Shown here: positions 32,547 through 41,724 of the stretch, one piece after another
Position numbering within the stretch: position 1 is the stretch's first letter
Layout: the number at the start of each line of letters is the position of its first letter
Origin: an uncultured Thiotrichaceae bacterium
Lineage (GTDB): Bacteria > Pseudomonadota > Gammaproteobacteria > SZUA-229
Reading direction: 5' to 3'
Assembly (NCBI GenBank): GCA_964421315.1
Contig: CAYQXD010000003.1
Span: forward strand, 1 to 44,776
Length of the DNA stretch: 44,776 nucleotides
The notes under the pieces: generated by a model
Databases searched by the model: none
Told to the model about the DNA's origin: nothing
The model's input: the letters and a program-made list of their open reading frames with translations, nothing else
Translations under genes and position numbers: made by a program

Positions 32547-33802
32547 GTGCATCATTAGATAAAGGCATTAATGCGCTAAAAGAACAGGTTGATTCCAGTG
32601 TCGCAGCCTTTTTCAGTAGCTGCGTACATTGTGGCATGTGTGCCGATGCCTGTTTGTTTTATACCGAAACCGGTGATGCAAAATATACCCCCATCAGCAA
32701 AACTGAGCCATTACGCCGCATCTGGAAATCTGAATATACTTTGATGGGCCGTTTTGGAAAAATGCTGGGTCTAACCGCAAAGGTTGATGATAAATTACTG
32801 ACTGACTGGGAAACTCTGGTATACGACAGTTGCACTTTATGTGGACGTTGCTCTATGGTTTGCCCGGTTGGTAATGACATCACACTGATGATTCGCAAAA
32901 CACGAGAAGGCATGGCAGCAGCCGGTCATGCACCAGAAGATTTAATTGCAGCCACGACACGCGCAGTCACCATTGGCAGCCCAATGGGGGTGAAATTACC
33001 GGCATTGATGGCGCAGATCAGACACGTCGAAAAAGATACCGGTTTAAAAATACCACTTGATGTTGAAGGTGCAGAATACATGGTACTGCTGTCTTCGATG
33101 GAAATTATGAATTTTCCTGAATTTATCGAAGCCATCGCAAAAATCTTTGATAAAGCCGGTGTCAGCTGGACCATTTCAAGCGAAGCCTTTGAAGCCACTA
33201 ACAGCGGCATCCAGATTGGGGTATCCGATATTGCCGCCGAACTGGTACAACGTATTGTTGATGCTGCTGAAAAACTGAAAGTTAAAACCGTCATCAGCCC
33301 TGAATGCGGCCATGCTTATATGGCGATTCGTTGGGATGGCCCTAACCTGGTTGGCAAAGCCTTTAGCTTCAAGGTAAGACACATCCTGGAAGTGCTGGAC
33401 GAATTCCGCAAGGATGGTCGCCTGAAAATCAGCGGCAAAGAAAAACAACGTCTTACCTATCATGACCCCTGCCAGATCTCACGGCGCGGCGGCGTGATCG
33501 AACAACCACGTAATTTAATCAACATGTTTGCAGACAACTTTGTTGAAATGCCCGATAGCGGAAAAATGAACTGGTGCTGCGGCGCTGGTGGTGGTGTGAG
33601 TTCAAATGAACGTGCCGATGAAATCAGACTAAAAGTTTTCCAGCGCAAAAAAGACCAGCTTGATAAAATTAAACCCGATGCCATTATCAGTGCCTGTTCA
33701 AACTGCCGTATTCATCTTGAAGAAGGAATGGAAAAATATCATATGGATATACCACTAATAAGTCTGACGGAAACACTGGCAGAACACCTGGTGGAAGACT
33801 GA
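32543..33802 (+). CDS. isp2: Isp2: HdrD/DsrK-like Fe-S protein with CCG domains
   Basis: CVHCGMCADAC and CTLCGRCSMVCP ferredoxin motifs, and CCG motifs (HDPC..., NWCCGAGGG). There is an ATGA overlap with isp1. Confidence 0.85.
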   Translation: MSASLDKGINALKEQVDSSVAAFFSSCVHCGMCADACLFYTETGDAKYTPISKTEPLRRIWKSEYTLMGRFGKMLGLTAKVDDKLLTDWETLVYDSCTLCGRCSMVCPVGNDITLMIRKTREGMAAAGHAPEDLIAATTRAVTIGSPMGVKLPALMAQIRHVEKDTGLKIPLDVEGAEYMVLLSSMEIMNFPEFIEAIAKIFDKAGVSWTISSEAFEATNSGIQIGVSDIAAELVQRIVDAAEKLKVKTVISPECGHAYMAIRWDGPNLVGKAFSFKVRHILEVLDEFRKDGRLKISGKEKQRLTYHDPCQISRRGGVIEQPRNLINMFADNFVEMPDSGKMNWCCGAGGGVSSNERADEIRLKVFQRKKDQLDKIKPDAIISACSNCRIHLEEGMEKYHMDIPLISLTETLAEHLVED

Positions 33803-33832
33803 TAAAAAAATTCATAAGAAGAGAGAACAAAC

Positions 33833-35569
33833 ATGAGTGAATCCGGCACAAACGAAAGAATTGTAGTTGACCCGATTACCCGAATCGAAGGCCATTTACG
33901 AATTGAAGCCGAGATGGATGGCAACAAAATCAAAAGTGCCTATTCTTCCGGAACCATGGTACGCGGTATTGAGACCATTCTTAAAGGTCGTGACCCGCGT
34001 GATGCCTGGGCCTTTGCACAACGTATCTGCGGTGTCTGCACACTGGTACATGGACTGGCTTCGATTCGCTCGGTAGAAAACGCACTCAGCTACACAATTC
34101 CAAAAAATGCTGATCTGATCCGCAACCTGATGAATGGCGCACAGTACATTCATGACCATGTGATGCATTTTTACCATTTACATGCACTGGACTGGGTGGA
34201 TGTGGTCTCTGCCTTAAGTGCTGACCCCAAAGCCACCTCAGAACTGGCACAGTCAATAAGCAGCTATCCGAAATCCTCACCCGGCTATTTCGCCGACATG
34301 AGAAAGAAACTGAAAGGTTTCGTCGAATCCGGCCAACTGGGTATTTTTGCTAATGCCTACTGGGGACACCCGGCTTACAAACTGCCACCCGAAGCAAACC
34401 TGATGGCGGTATCGCATTACATGGAAGCCCTATCCTGGCAGCGTGATGTAGCACGTTTGCATACAATTTTTGGCGGCAAAAATCCACACCCGAACTTTGT
34501 GGTCGGCGGTGTTCCCTGTGCCATTGACTTAAATTCCGATTCCGCCATCAACATGAAAAAACTGTCACAGGTACAGGACATCATCAACCAGATGAAAAGT
34601 TTTGTTGATCAGGTTTATTTACCCGACACATTGGCGATTGCCGGTTTTTACAAAGACTGGACCACACGCGGTGAAGGTCTGGGCAACTTCCTCACCTTTG
34701 GCGATTTCCCGTCTAATGGCATGGAAGATCCTTCCGGATTCATGATACCAGCCGGTGCTATTCTAAATCGTGACCTCAGCACAATACGAGATGTCGACAT
34801 GAATGCCGCAGACGAAATCAAGGAATACATCTCACACTCCTGGTACGATTATGAAGCTGGCAAAGAGGCGGGTTTACACCCTTACGATGGCGAAACCAAT
34901 CTGAATTACAGCGGACCGCAACCACCATACCAGCATCTCGATGTCGATCAGTCCTATTCATGGCTAAAATCACCGCGCTGGAAAGGCCACGCCATGGAAG
35001 TGGGGCCACTGGCACGAGTACTGATGTTATATGCCAGCGGCCATGAGCAAACCAAAGAACTGGTCGGCATGACCCTGAAAAAACTCGATGTTCCAGTCAC
35101 CGCTTTATTTTCCACCCTGGGCCGCACCGCTGCCCGCACCCTGGAAACCAAAATCATGGCAGATGCCATGCAGGGCTGGTATGACGATTTAATTATTAAC
35201 ATCAAAGCCGGTGATACTAAAACCTTCAACGAAGTTTTATGGGAACCGTCTTCCTGGCCAAAAAGCGCACAGGGTGTAGGTTTTATGGAAGCCCCTCGTG
35301 GCGGTCTGGCTCACTACATTGTGATTGAAGATGAAATCATCAAAAATTATCAGGCAGTGGTACCAAGCACCTGGAATGCCGGCCCCAGAGATGGCAAAGG
35401 ACAACCGGGAGCGTATGAAGCGGCACTTGAAGACAACCATGTTTTACATGACCCAAAACAACCTCTAGAAATCCTGCGCACCATTCACAGCTTTGACCCC
35501 TGCCTTGCCTGCGCCGTGCATTTAACCGATCCCGATGGAAATGAAATTATTAAAGTAAAGGTACAATAA
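33833..35569 (+). CDS. hynL: [NiFe] hydrogenase large subunit
   Basis: N-terminal RIEGH and RICGVC, and C-terminal DPCLACAVH followed by a cleavable extension. Confidence 0.95.
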   Translation: MSESGTNERIVVDPITRIEGHLRIEAEMDGNKIKSAYSSGTMVRGIETILKGRDPRDAWAFAQRICGVCTLVHGLASIRSVENALSYTIPKNADLIRNLMNGAQYIHDHVMHFYHLHALDWVDVVSALSADPKATSELAQSISSYPKSSPGYFADMRKKLKGFVESGQLGIFANAYWGHPAYKLPPEANLMAVSHYMEALSWQRDVARLHTIFGGKNPHPNFVVGGVPCAIDLNSDSAINMKKLSQVQDIINQMKSFVDQVYLPDTLAIAGFYKDWTTRGEGLGNFLTFGDFPSNGMEDPSGFMIPAGAILNRDLSTIRDVDMNAADEIKEYISHSWYDYEAGKEAGLHPYDGETNLNYSGPQPPYQHLDVDQSYSWLKSPRWKGHAMEVGPLARVLMLYASGHEQTKELVGMTLKKLDVPVTALFSTLGRTAARTLETKIMADAMQGWYDDLIINIKAGDTKTFNEVLWEPSSWPKSAQGVGFMEAPRGGLAHYIVIEDEIIKNYQAVVPSTWNAGPRDGKGQPGAYEAALEDNHVLHDPKQPLEILRTIHSFDPCLACAVHLTDPDGNEIIKVKVQ

Positions 35570-35754
35570 TGAAAAAATCACTAACTTCCATGTTATTACT
35601 ACTCACATTATTTTTAGTTTCAACTTCTGCACTGGCGCACACAGGTCACATAGCTAATGACGCTGCCCATGGTTTTTTGCATGTTGAGCACATCATCGTA
35701 CTTGTTGCGGCTGGATTAATTGTTTACGCTATAAAAGTATTATGTAATAAATAA
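35569..35754 (+). CDS. 61-aa signal-peptide/His-rich/one-TM protein resembling the N-terminus of the HupE/UreJ nickel permease (mini-protein or truncated hupE)
   Basis: The ATG overlaps the hynL stop by 1 nt. ALAHTGHIANDAAHGFLHVEHIIVLVAAGL parallels the HupE N-terminal pattern AH.G....HGF.HP..G.DH.L.M..VGL. Confidence 0.5.
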   Translation: MKKSLTSMLLLLTLFLVSTSALAHTGHIANDAAHGFLHVEHIIVLVAAGLIVYAIKVLCNK

Positions 35755-36006
35755 AATCTCGCAACTGTGTTGATCTGGTTATAACATCTTCCGACAATTA
35801 TCCTGACACACTGGGTAATGGATGGCGTTACACATCTCAACAAATGGATCGAAGAAGTTGCTCACAACCCCTTCTTTTGGATAGGTCCTAAAGATAAAAA
35901 AATATAACAAAAAACACCTGAAACAATTAACACAAGGCCTAATAAGTCACTGCACCGGAATTTGCAATGTTATGCTACGCTTCACAAAATCCCATGAGCT
36001 CAAACG

Positions 36007-36429
36007 TTAAGGCTTCTGTACAGGATTACTGGAAATGAAATCTGATACCGTGATCGCTGTGGACGAAAAATCTCTCAATACTTTATTATCTTGCGTCACA
36101 AGCCGAGTATTAAGATGGTGAGCAAGGGCAACAAATTCGCAGTCATAGGATGAGCAAGTGCTCTCATTTATAAGTGCAAGCACTTGTGTAGAAGAAACAT
36201 CAAATTCATTGTGAGCCATAATTGATTCAGCGGTATCTTGAAGTTGCATTGCTTTCTCTAGAGTAATAATTTCCTTTCTAAGGTATAACGCTAAAACATT
36301 TCGAAACTCACTTTTCCAAAGTAATGGTGCCACCCAATTTGGGTCTAGTTTATATAGGATATCAACCGAGCCTGAATATGATGTTGGGAGTAAGAGATAG
36401 GAGATGATATTTGTATCTGCGACAATCAT
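36007..36429 (-). CDS. vapC: VapC-like PIN-domain toxin
   Basis: N-terminal MIVADTNII plus later acidic residues (NESTCSSYDCEFVALA), typical of VapC. There is an ATGA overlap with the upstream antitoxin. Confidence 0.8.
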   Translation of the reverse strand: MIVADTNIISYLLLPTSYSGSVDILYKLDPNWVAPLLWKSEFRNVLALYLRKEIITLEKAMQLQDTAESIMAHNEFDVSSTQVLALINESTCSSYDCEFVALAHHLNTRLVTQDNKVLRDFSSTAITVSDFISSNPVQKP

Positions 36430-36728
36430 GGTCTGCCTACATCAATAGCTCGTTTGATATCTTCTGCAGTGATAACATTGGGGGTGATTTGTGAACGAAG
36501 TGCGTGAATGTCACGAAGCCTATCTTCTGGAGAGACCTTTTTAGGAAATAAAAAACGCTTGAGACAGACGATTACCTCGCTGTTAATGCTCCTGTGATGC
36601 TGTTCTGCAGTATGTTTTAGCTCATTATATAGATCGTCAGGAATGTTTTTGATGGTCAAGGCAGGCACGGTGAATGTCTCCAATAAATTCAATGGTGTCA
36701 TTATGGTTGCATTATGCATGTCAGTCAA
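36426..36728 (-). CDS. vapB: Ribbon-helix-helix (Arc/FitA-like) VapB antitoxin
   Basis: LTIKNIPDDLYNELKHTAEQHHRSINSEVIVCLKR is an RHH signature. The likely true start is GTG 36668, which has GGAGA 8 nt upstream. Confidence 0.7.
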   Translation of the reverse strand: MTDMHNATIMTPLNLLETFTVPALTIKNIPDDLYNELKHTAEQHHRSINSEVIVCLKRFLFPKKVSPEDRLRDIHALRSQITPNVITAEDIKRAIDVGRP

Positions 36729-36752
36729 GTCGTGTCCCCGTGAACAATCAAA

Positions 36753-38324
36753 ATGAAATTTAATATCTCAAAAATGATGCATCCGGCAGTTTATGATCAT
36801 CCGGTTACAAACATACAACTCATCGAAACCCACATTTCCTGGGTAATTCTAACCGGTGACTTTGCCTATAAAATTAAAAAGCCGGTGGACTTTGGTTTTT
36901 TGAATTTTTCTACATTAGAAAAAAGACACTACTTTTGTCAGCAGGAATTAGATCTCAATCGCAAACTGGCACCAGAAATTTATCTTGATGTTGTTGCTAT
37001 CAGCGGCACATTGAATGAGCCTCGACTCTCTGGCAGCAGCACAGTTTTTGAATACGCAGTAAAAATGAAACAGTTCCCGCAATCTGCTCAGCTGGATAAC
37101 ATGCTGGCTGCCGCTGAACTTAAATTAGAACATATGGATGCCATTGCGCATATGACTGCTTATTTTCATCAGTCCACCGATATTGCTAATGAGGCTATGG
37201 ATTATGGCAATAAGGAAACACTTTATCAGCCGGTCGAAGAAAACTTTAAACAGATAAATGAACACCTGGTATCAGAGCTACACACAGATAAACAATATGC
37301 AGATAAACTGACAGTACTTTCACAGTGGAGCAGATCTGAATTAGCTAAACAACAAGCCGTGTTTGCACAACGCAAAGCGGATGGCTTTATTCGTCAATGT
37401 CACGGTGACATGCATTTACGAAATCTGGTCTGGCTGGACAACAAACCAGTGGCATTCGACTGCATCGAATTCAATGACAAATTAAGCTGGATTGATGTAA
37501 TAAGTGAAATCGCATTTTTAATTATGGATTTGCAGCACCGTCAACAACATCAACTGGCCAATCGTTTTTTAAACTGCTACCTTGAGGTCACTGGTGATTA
37601 TGCCGGGTTATCGGTTCTACCCTTCTATCTTTGTTATCGTGCACTGGTTCGCGCCAAAGTAAATGCCTTGCGCGTAGAACAAAAAAACATTACTGACAAA
37701 GAAAAACAACAAACCGATACTGAATTTATGGCTGAATTTGAGTCATACCTTGAACTGGCAAGCAGTTATATAAAACATTCCACTCCAAAATTAATTATTA
37801 CGCGTGGCCTATCTGCCTCAGGAAAAAGTACCGTCTCACAACAGTTAGTTGATACAACAGGAATGCTACGTATTCGTTCAGATGTTGAGCGTAAACGATT
37901 ATTTGAACTTTCCTTAACCACAGGTGCTGCAAACAATATTGATTCTGGAATCTATTCAACACAGGCATCATTGCAAACTTATAAAAAACTAGCTGAGCTT
38001 GCATCTAACATAATCAACGCTGGTTATAGCGTTATCGTTGATGCGGCTTTTTTAAACTATGAGCAACGTCAGCTATTTCAACAACTCGCCAGTCGTTTAG
38101 GTGTTTCTTATATCATCCTGGAAATAACAGCACCTGCTGAGATATTACGACAGCGTATTAAAAAAAGAATACATGATGTTTCAGATGCAGACTTAACAGT
38201 GCTTGAACATCAACTTACACACTGGCAGGATTTGCAAAAAGATGAAGTTAATTCAGCAGTTTCTGTCAATACTACTGGCGTGCTGGATATTAACAAGTTA
38301 ATCAATACGATTAACACAAGATAG
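36753..38324 (+). CDS. Bifunctional aminoglycoside-phosphotransferase-like kinase / P-loop (AAA_33-like) kinase fusion protein
   Basis: The N-terminal APH/choline-kinase-like domain has CHGDMHLRNLVW and FDCIEFND. The C-terminal domain has the Walker A motif GLSASGKST. Confidence 0.75.
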   Translation: MKFNISKMMHPAVYDHPVTNIQLIETHISWVILTGDFAYKIKKPVDFGFLNFSTLEKRHYFCQQELDLNRKLAPEIYLDVVAISGTLNEPRLSGSSTVFEYAVKMKQFPQSAQLDNMLAAAELKLEHMDAIAHMTAYFHQSTDIANEAMDYGNKETLYQPVEENFKQINEHLVSELHTDKQYADKLTVLSQWSRSELAKQQAVFAQRKADGFIRQCHGDMHLRNLVWLDNKPVAFDCIEFNDKLSWIDVISEIAFLIMDLQHRQQHQLANRFLNCYLEVTGDYAGLSVLPFYLCYRALVRAKVNALRVEQKNITDKEKQQTDTEFMAEFESYLELASSYIKHSTPKLIITRGLSASGKSTVSQQLVDTTGMLRIRSDVERKRLFELSLTTGAANNIDSGIYSTQASLQTYKKLAELASNIINAGYSVIVDAAFLNYEQRQLFQQLASRLGVSYIILEITAPAEILRQRIKKRIHDVSDADLTVLEHQLTHWQDLQKDEVNSAVSVNTTGVLDINKLINTINTR

Positions 38325-38360
38325 GAGCTTTGTACGAGCGAGTAAAAACTTAATACCACG

Positions 38361-38418
38361 GTCATCTCGACCTACGGGAGAAATCTAATACCGCAGTGGT
38401 TCAGGATCTCTCCCGTAG
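38361..38418. repeat. Copy (C) of the ~69-bp palindromic element, with the outer right arm truncated
   Basis: gtcatctcgacctacgggagaaatct / loop / atctctcccgtag. The arm triplet TAC/GTA replaces the AGC/GCT of copy B and preserves pairing. Confidence 0.7.
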
Positions 38419-38523
38419 TTCAGTAGGCTGGGGTGAGGTACGTGCCCCAACAGGACACCATAGTGACTTTGTTGGGGCTCATAAAAACATTCACCCCAAC
38501 CTTGTATCAATATTTGGTTTGTA

Positions 38524-39291
38524 TTGATGCTTGCATTGCTCGGTGCTTTTTTAGCCCATGTTAGTGTTAACACGCTCAATGAATATTATGATTTTATAAG
38601 CGGACTGGACTTAGAAACCATAAGAACACCATTTAGTGGTGGCAGTGGTGCTTTACCGAAAAATCCTGAAATGCAAGGCAGTGTATTAGCTGTTGGTGTT
38701 ATCTCCTCAACTGTTTTGTTAATGATTGGCAGTTTTTTTATCTGGCAATACGGAATAGGTATTATGCCGATAGGTGTTATCGGTATGATATTAATAGCAA
38801 CATACACTGGCTGGATTAATAAACATCCGTATATCTGCCTAATAGCACCCGGTCCTGGTTTCGGTTTTCTTATAGTCGCGGGTACTCAGTTTGTATTACA
38901 GGGGCACTATACACCATTGTCCTTGCTGGTTGCTGTGGTGCCTTTTTTTCTGGTTAATAATCTTCTGCTACTTAACCAGTATCCTGACATTAAAGCGGAT
39001 GCTAATGCGGGCCGAAATCATTTTCCTATCGCCTATGGCATCAATCTTAGTAATGTGGTTTATGGTTTTTTCTCCCTGGCAACAGCGGCAACAATTATTG
39101 GTTACGTCCTAACTGGCATCCTGCATATGTTGAGTTTGATAGCACTACTACCACTACCTCTCGCTTTTTTCTCTTTATATGGTGCAGTAAAACACGGAGA
39201 GACTATTGGTGATTTTCCACAATATCTTGCTACCAATGTAGCCGTGACAATACTGACGACATTGCTGCTAGGGATATCGCTAGTTCTTTAG
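38524..39291 (+). CDS. UbiA-family (MenA-like) prenyltransferase, apparently 5'-truncated
   Basis: NTLNEYYDFISGLD (first Asp-rich motif) and NQYPDIKADANAG (second motif). The usual ~40-50 N-terminal residues before motif 1 are missing. An in-frame TAA lies at 38482 and repeat elements occupy the upstream 200 bp. Confidence 0.65.
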   Translation: MMLALLGAFLAHVSVNTLNEYYDFISGLDLETIRTPFSGGSGALPKNPEMQGSVLAVGVISSTVLLMIGSFFIWQYGIGIMPIGVIGMILIATYTGWINKHPYICLIAPGPGFGFLIVAGTQFVLQGHYTPLSLLVAVVPFFLVNNLLLLNQYPDIKADANAGRNHFPIAYGINLSNVVYGFFSLATAATIIGYVLTGILHMLSLIALLPLPLAFFSLYGAVKHGETIGDFPQYLATNVAVTILTTLLLGISLVL

Positions 39292-39388
39292 TCCGGTAAG
39301 CCGGTACGTAGGGAAAAGACACTGAATACTTTAATAGACACTTTTCAAGGTCGCCTTTGGGTCGTTTTTTCCCATTCATCTTATTTTT

Positions 39389-40162
39389 CTAAACGTTCAC
39401 ATTAGTATATCGGGCATACTGATAACAGTGATGCTCACGGATTGATGATTCAGCCGCCAATGTTGCACAATAATTAGTTAATGTGTCTGGCAGTTCGATA
39501 TCGATAAATTCAACCTGTTTAGAAGCCTGAACTTTAGTTGAGTGGTGTTGAATCAATGCTGGAAGCTGCGGCGGAACGGTTAGGGTAAATGCAGTAGGGG
39601 AGAGAGATAATCCGCTACCCAGAACTTTCATATAGGCCTCTTTTCGGGTCCAGAGTTGAAAAAAGGCAGACTTCTGTTTTTCTTTTGTTAATGAAAATAG
39701 TGCCTGCTGCTCGTGGGCTGTAAAGAATCGCTGACAAATTGCTGACCAATCTGTTTTTCGATCCATATATTCGATATCAATACCCACCTCTGTGTCACTA
39801 GTGACTGCGAGCAGTGTTATATCCTGCGTATGACTTAGATTGAACGTTAAAGCCTGTCTGTCGTAGTCAGCTTCAACGAGTAAAGGTTTTCCCTTTTCAC
39901 CACGTTGATACTGGATGCGGGCAGGTTCTATGGACAAATACTTTGCCAGTACGGAGCGTTTAAATCCGTGCGATATGATGAAACGGTTTCGATGAATGTC
40001 AAACTTGAAGCGTTGCGCTCTTACCCGTTCTTCGGCAGATAAAAGAGAGCTGAAATAGTCCAGTCTCTGCTGTACGGTATCTGCCCGGCATAACCAGATA
40101 TCAAAAACACCTTGCTGACATTTAAAACCTGGATTCTCGCTCCAGTGCTGGGCTGTGCCCAT
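39389..40162 (-). CDS. pfaE: Sfp-type 4'-phosphopantetheinyl transferase (PfaE-like)
   Basis: FNLSHTQDITLLAV, GIDIE and WTRKEAYMKVLG motifs. The start is trimmed to ATG 40162, 16 nt after the pfaD stop. Confidence 0.8.
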   Translation of the reverse strand: MGTAQHWSENPGFKCQQGVFDIWLCRADTVQQRLDYFSSLLSAEERVRAQRFKFDIHRNRFIISHGFKRSVLAKYLSIEPARIQYQRGEKGKPLLVEADYDRQALTFNLSHTQDITLLAVTSDTEVGIDIEYMDRKTDWSAICQRFFTAHEQQALFSLTKEKQKSAFFQLWTRKEAYMKVLGSGLSLSPTAFTLTVPPQLPALIQHHSTKVQASKQVEFIDIELPDTLTNYCATLAAESSIREHHCYQYARYTNVNV

Positions 40163-40178
40163 TTTATCTAGTACTCCG

Positions 40179-41723
40179 TCAAACCAGTATTGACGGAGCA
40201 GCAGGAGCAACCGGGATATATCGCTGATATTGTGCCGGTAGAGACAGGCCCTGACTTTTAAATACCTGGATACGATACTGATAGGCCGCGCCAAACATCA
40301 GATGTTCGGCAACATCGACCACCTTGCGGTTTTTATAATCATGCAAATAGGTCGAGGCCACCCAGTCATTAAAGGCACCCATCGCAGGTCCACACCAGAT
40401 CTGATAATCAAACTCACGGCCTTTAATACCGGCATTTGACCAGCGGGAAGACTGACCCAGATACCAGCGAAAAACCAGCGCCATCTGTTTTTTGGGATTA
40501 TCTTTTGCCTTCTCGATTACCGATGGATCACGTTTCTGGAAAAATTCTACGGTCTGCTGCCAGATGTTATCTACAGTATTTTGCAGGATCTGTTTCTCCA
40601 CCTTCTCCAGCTCTGCAGTTGGAATTTCAGAGAGGCTGTTATAAGTGGAATACAACTCATATAACTTCTGTGCACGCATGGGGAACAAAGTCCCTTTTTT
40701 GAGAACCTGCAATTTGATGCCGCGTTCAAACATGTCGGATGCCGGAGCCATCATCACATCGGCCATACTTGCCTGCGCCAATAATTTACGGGTATGCTCA
40801 GAGGCTCCCGCCTCCACGCAACTCTGGTTAACCGAGCCGGTAACGACATAGGCCGCACCCATCATATAACAGGCCAGTGCAGCCTCCGGTGTAGCCACAC
40901 CGCCAGCCGCACCCACTCGAATTTCAACCGGGTATAAACGCTGTTGCTGAATATCATCACGTAAAGCGATTATTGATGGCAACAGAACGGTCAGCGGACG
41001 ATTATCGGTATGTCCACCCGAATCAGCTTCCACAGTAATATCATCGGCCATGGGAACTTGCTGTGCCAGTTGTGCCTGCTGCTGGCTGAGCAAACCATCT
41101 GCGACCAGTTTATTGAGTATCTGCTCAGGAGCCGGCTGCATAAAGACAGTGGCCACCTCTCGCCTGGAGAGCTTGGCAATAATTTTATTATTGATCTGAA
41201 TATGGCCCTGCTGATCCTGTTGCAGGCCCTTAGCGCGATAATAAACCAGTGAAGGTGTCATGTTGAAGAAGGCAGCAGCCTCAATCACTTTCACACCGTA
41301 TTTCAGGTAGAGATCGATGGTGCCCTGTTCAATCGCCGGTTCGGATGGATTATGGATAAAATTAAAAACATAGGGGCCGCCGGGTAGCGCTTGCTGAATA
41401 TTTTTGATGGCTAGTTCGACACGGTAAAGGTCGAGGCCACCCGCCCCAAAAGAGGCCAGAATATTGTCTTTTCCCAGGTTGATGACCATCTCTTCAGAGG
41501 AGATGCCATTCGCCATGGCACCGGTCATATAGGCGTATTTCACCCCATAAAACGCCTTAAAAGCGGGATCACCCAACTGCTCTGCAAGCATTGGTGGCAC
41601 AAAGGCGGTGATTTTTGTGACATCATCGCAGCCCTCATTATTGATAATAATCTGCCCATTATGCTGAATGATATAACACGGTTTATTCAGTTTCTGTAAA
41701 CATTCCAAACCCTGAATCGACAT
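40179..41723 (-). CDS. pfaD: PfaD-family enoyl reductase of PUFA/polyketide-type synthase
   Basis: 514 aa with a 2-nitropropane-dioxygenase-like TIM barrel and a PfaD-typical N-terminus (YAYMTGAMANGISSEEMV). Confidence 0.9.
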   Translation of the reverse strand: MSIQGLECLQKLNKPCYIIQHNGQIIINNEGCDDVTKITAFVPPMLAEQLGDPAFKAFYGVKYAYMTGAMANGISSEEMVINLGKDNILASFGAGGLDLYRVELAIKNIQQALPGGPYVFNFIHNPSEPAIEQGTIDLYLKYGVKVIEAAAFFNMTPSLVYYRAKGLQQDQQGHIQINNKIIAKLSRREVATVFMQPAPEQILNKLVADGLLSQQQAQLAQQVPMADDITVEADSGGHTDNRPLTVLLPSIIALRDDIQQQRLYPVEIRVGAAGGVATPEAALACYMMGAAYVVTGSVNQSCVEAGASEHTRKLLAQASMADVMMAPASDMFERGIKLQVLKKGTLFPMRAQKLYELYSTYNSLSEIPTAELEKVEKQILQNTVDNIWQQTVEFFQKRDPSVIEKAKDNPKKQMALVFRWYLGQSSRWSNAGIKGREFDYQIWCGPAMGAFNDWVASTYLHDYKNRKVVDVAEHLMFGAAYQYRIQVFKSQGLSLPAQYQRYIPVAPAAPSILV

Positions 41724-41724
41724 C

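Noticed and set aside
33833-35569. Possibility of a [NiFeSe] hydrogenase with selenocysteine in the large subunit.
   Set aside because: The C-terminal motif is DPCLACAVH with ordinary Cys codons, and the ORF has no in-frame TGA.
38400-38500. tRNA-like impression from gtagttcagtaggctgggg, which resembles a D-arm.
   Set aside because: No acceptor stem, anticodon arm or T-arm (GTTCRANYC) could be assembled. The segment is better explained as nested hairpins of repeat elements.
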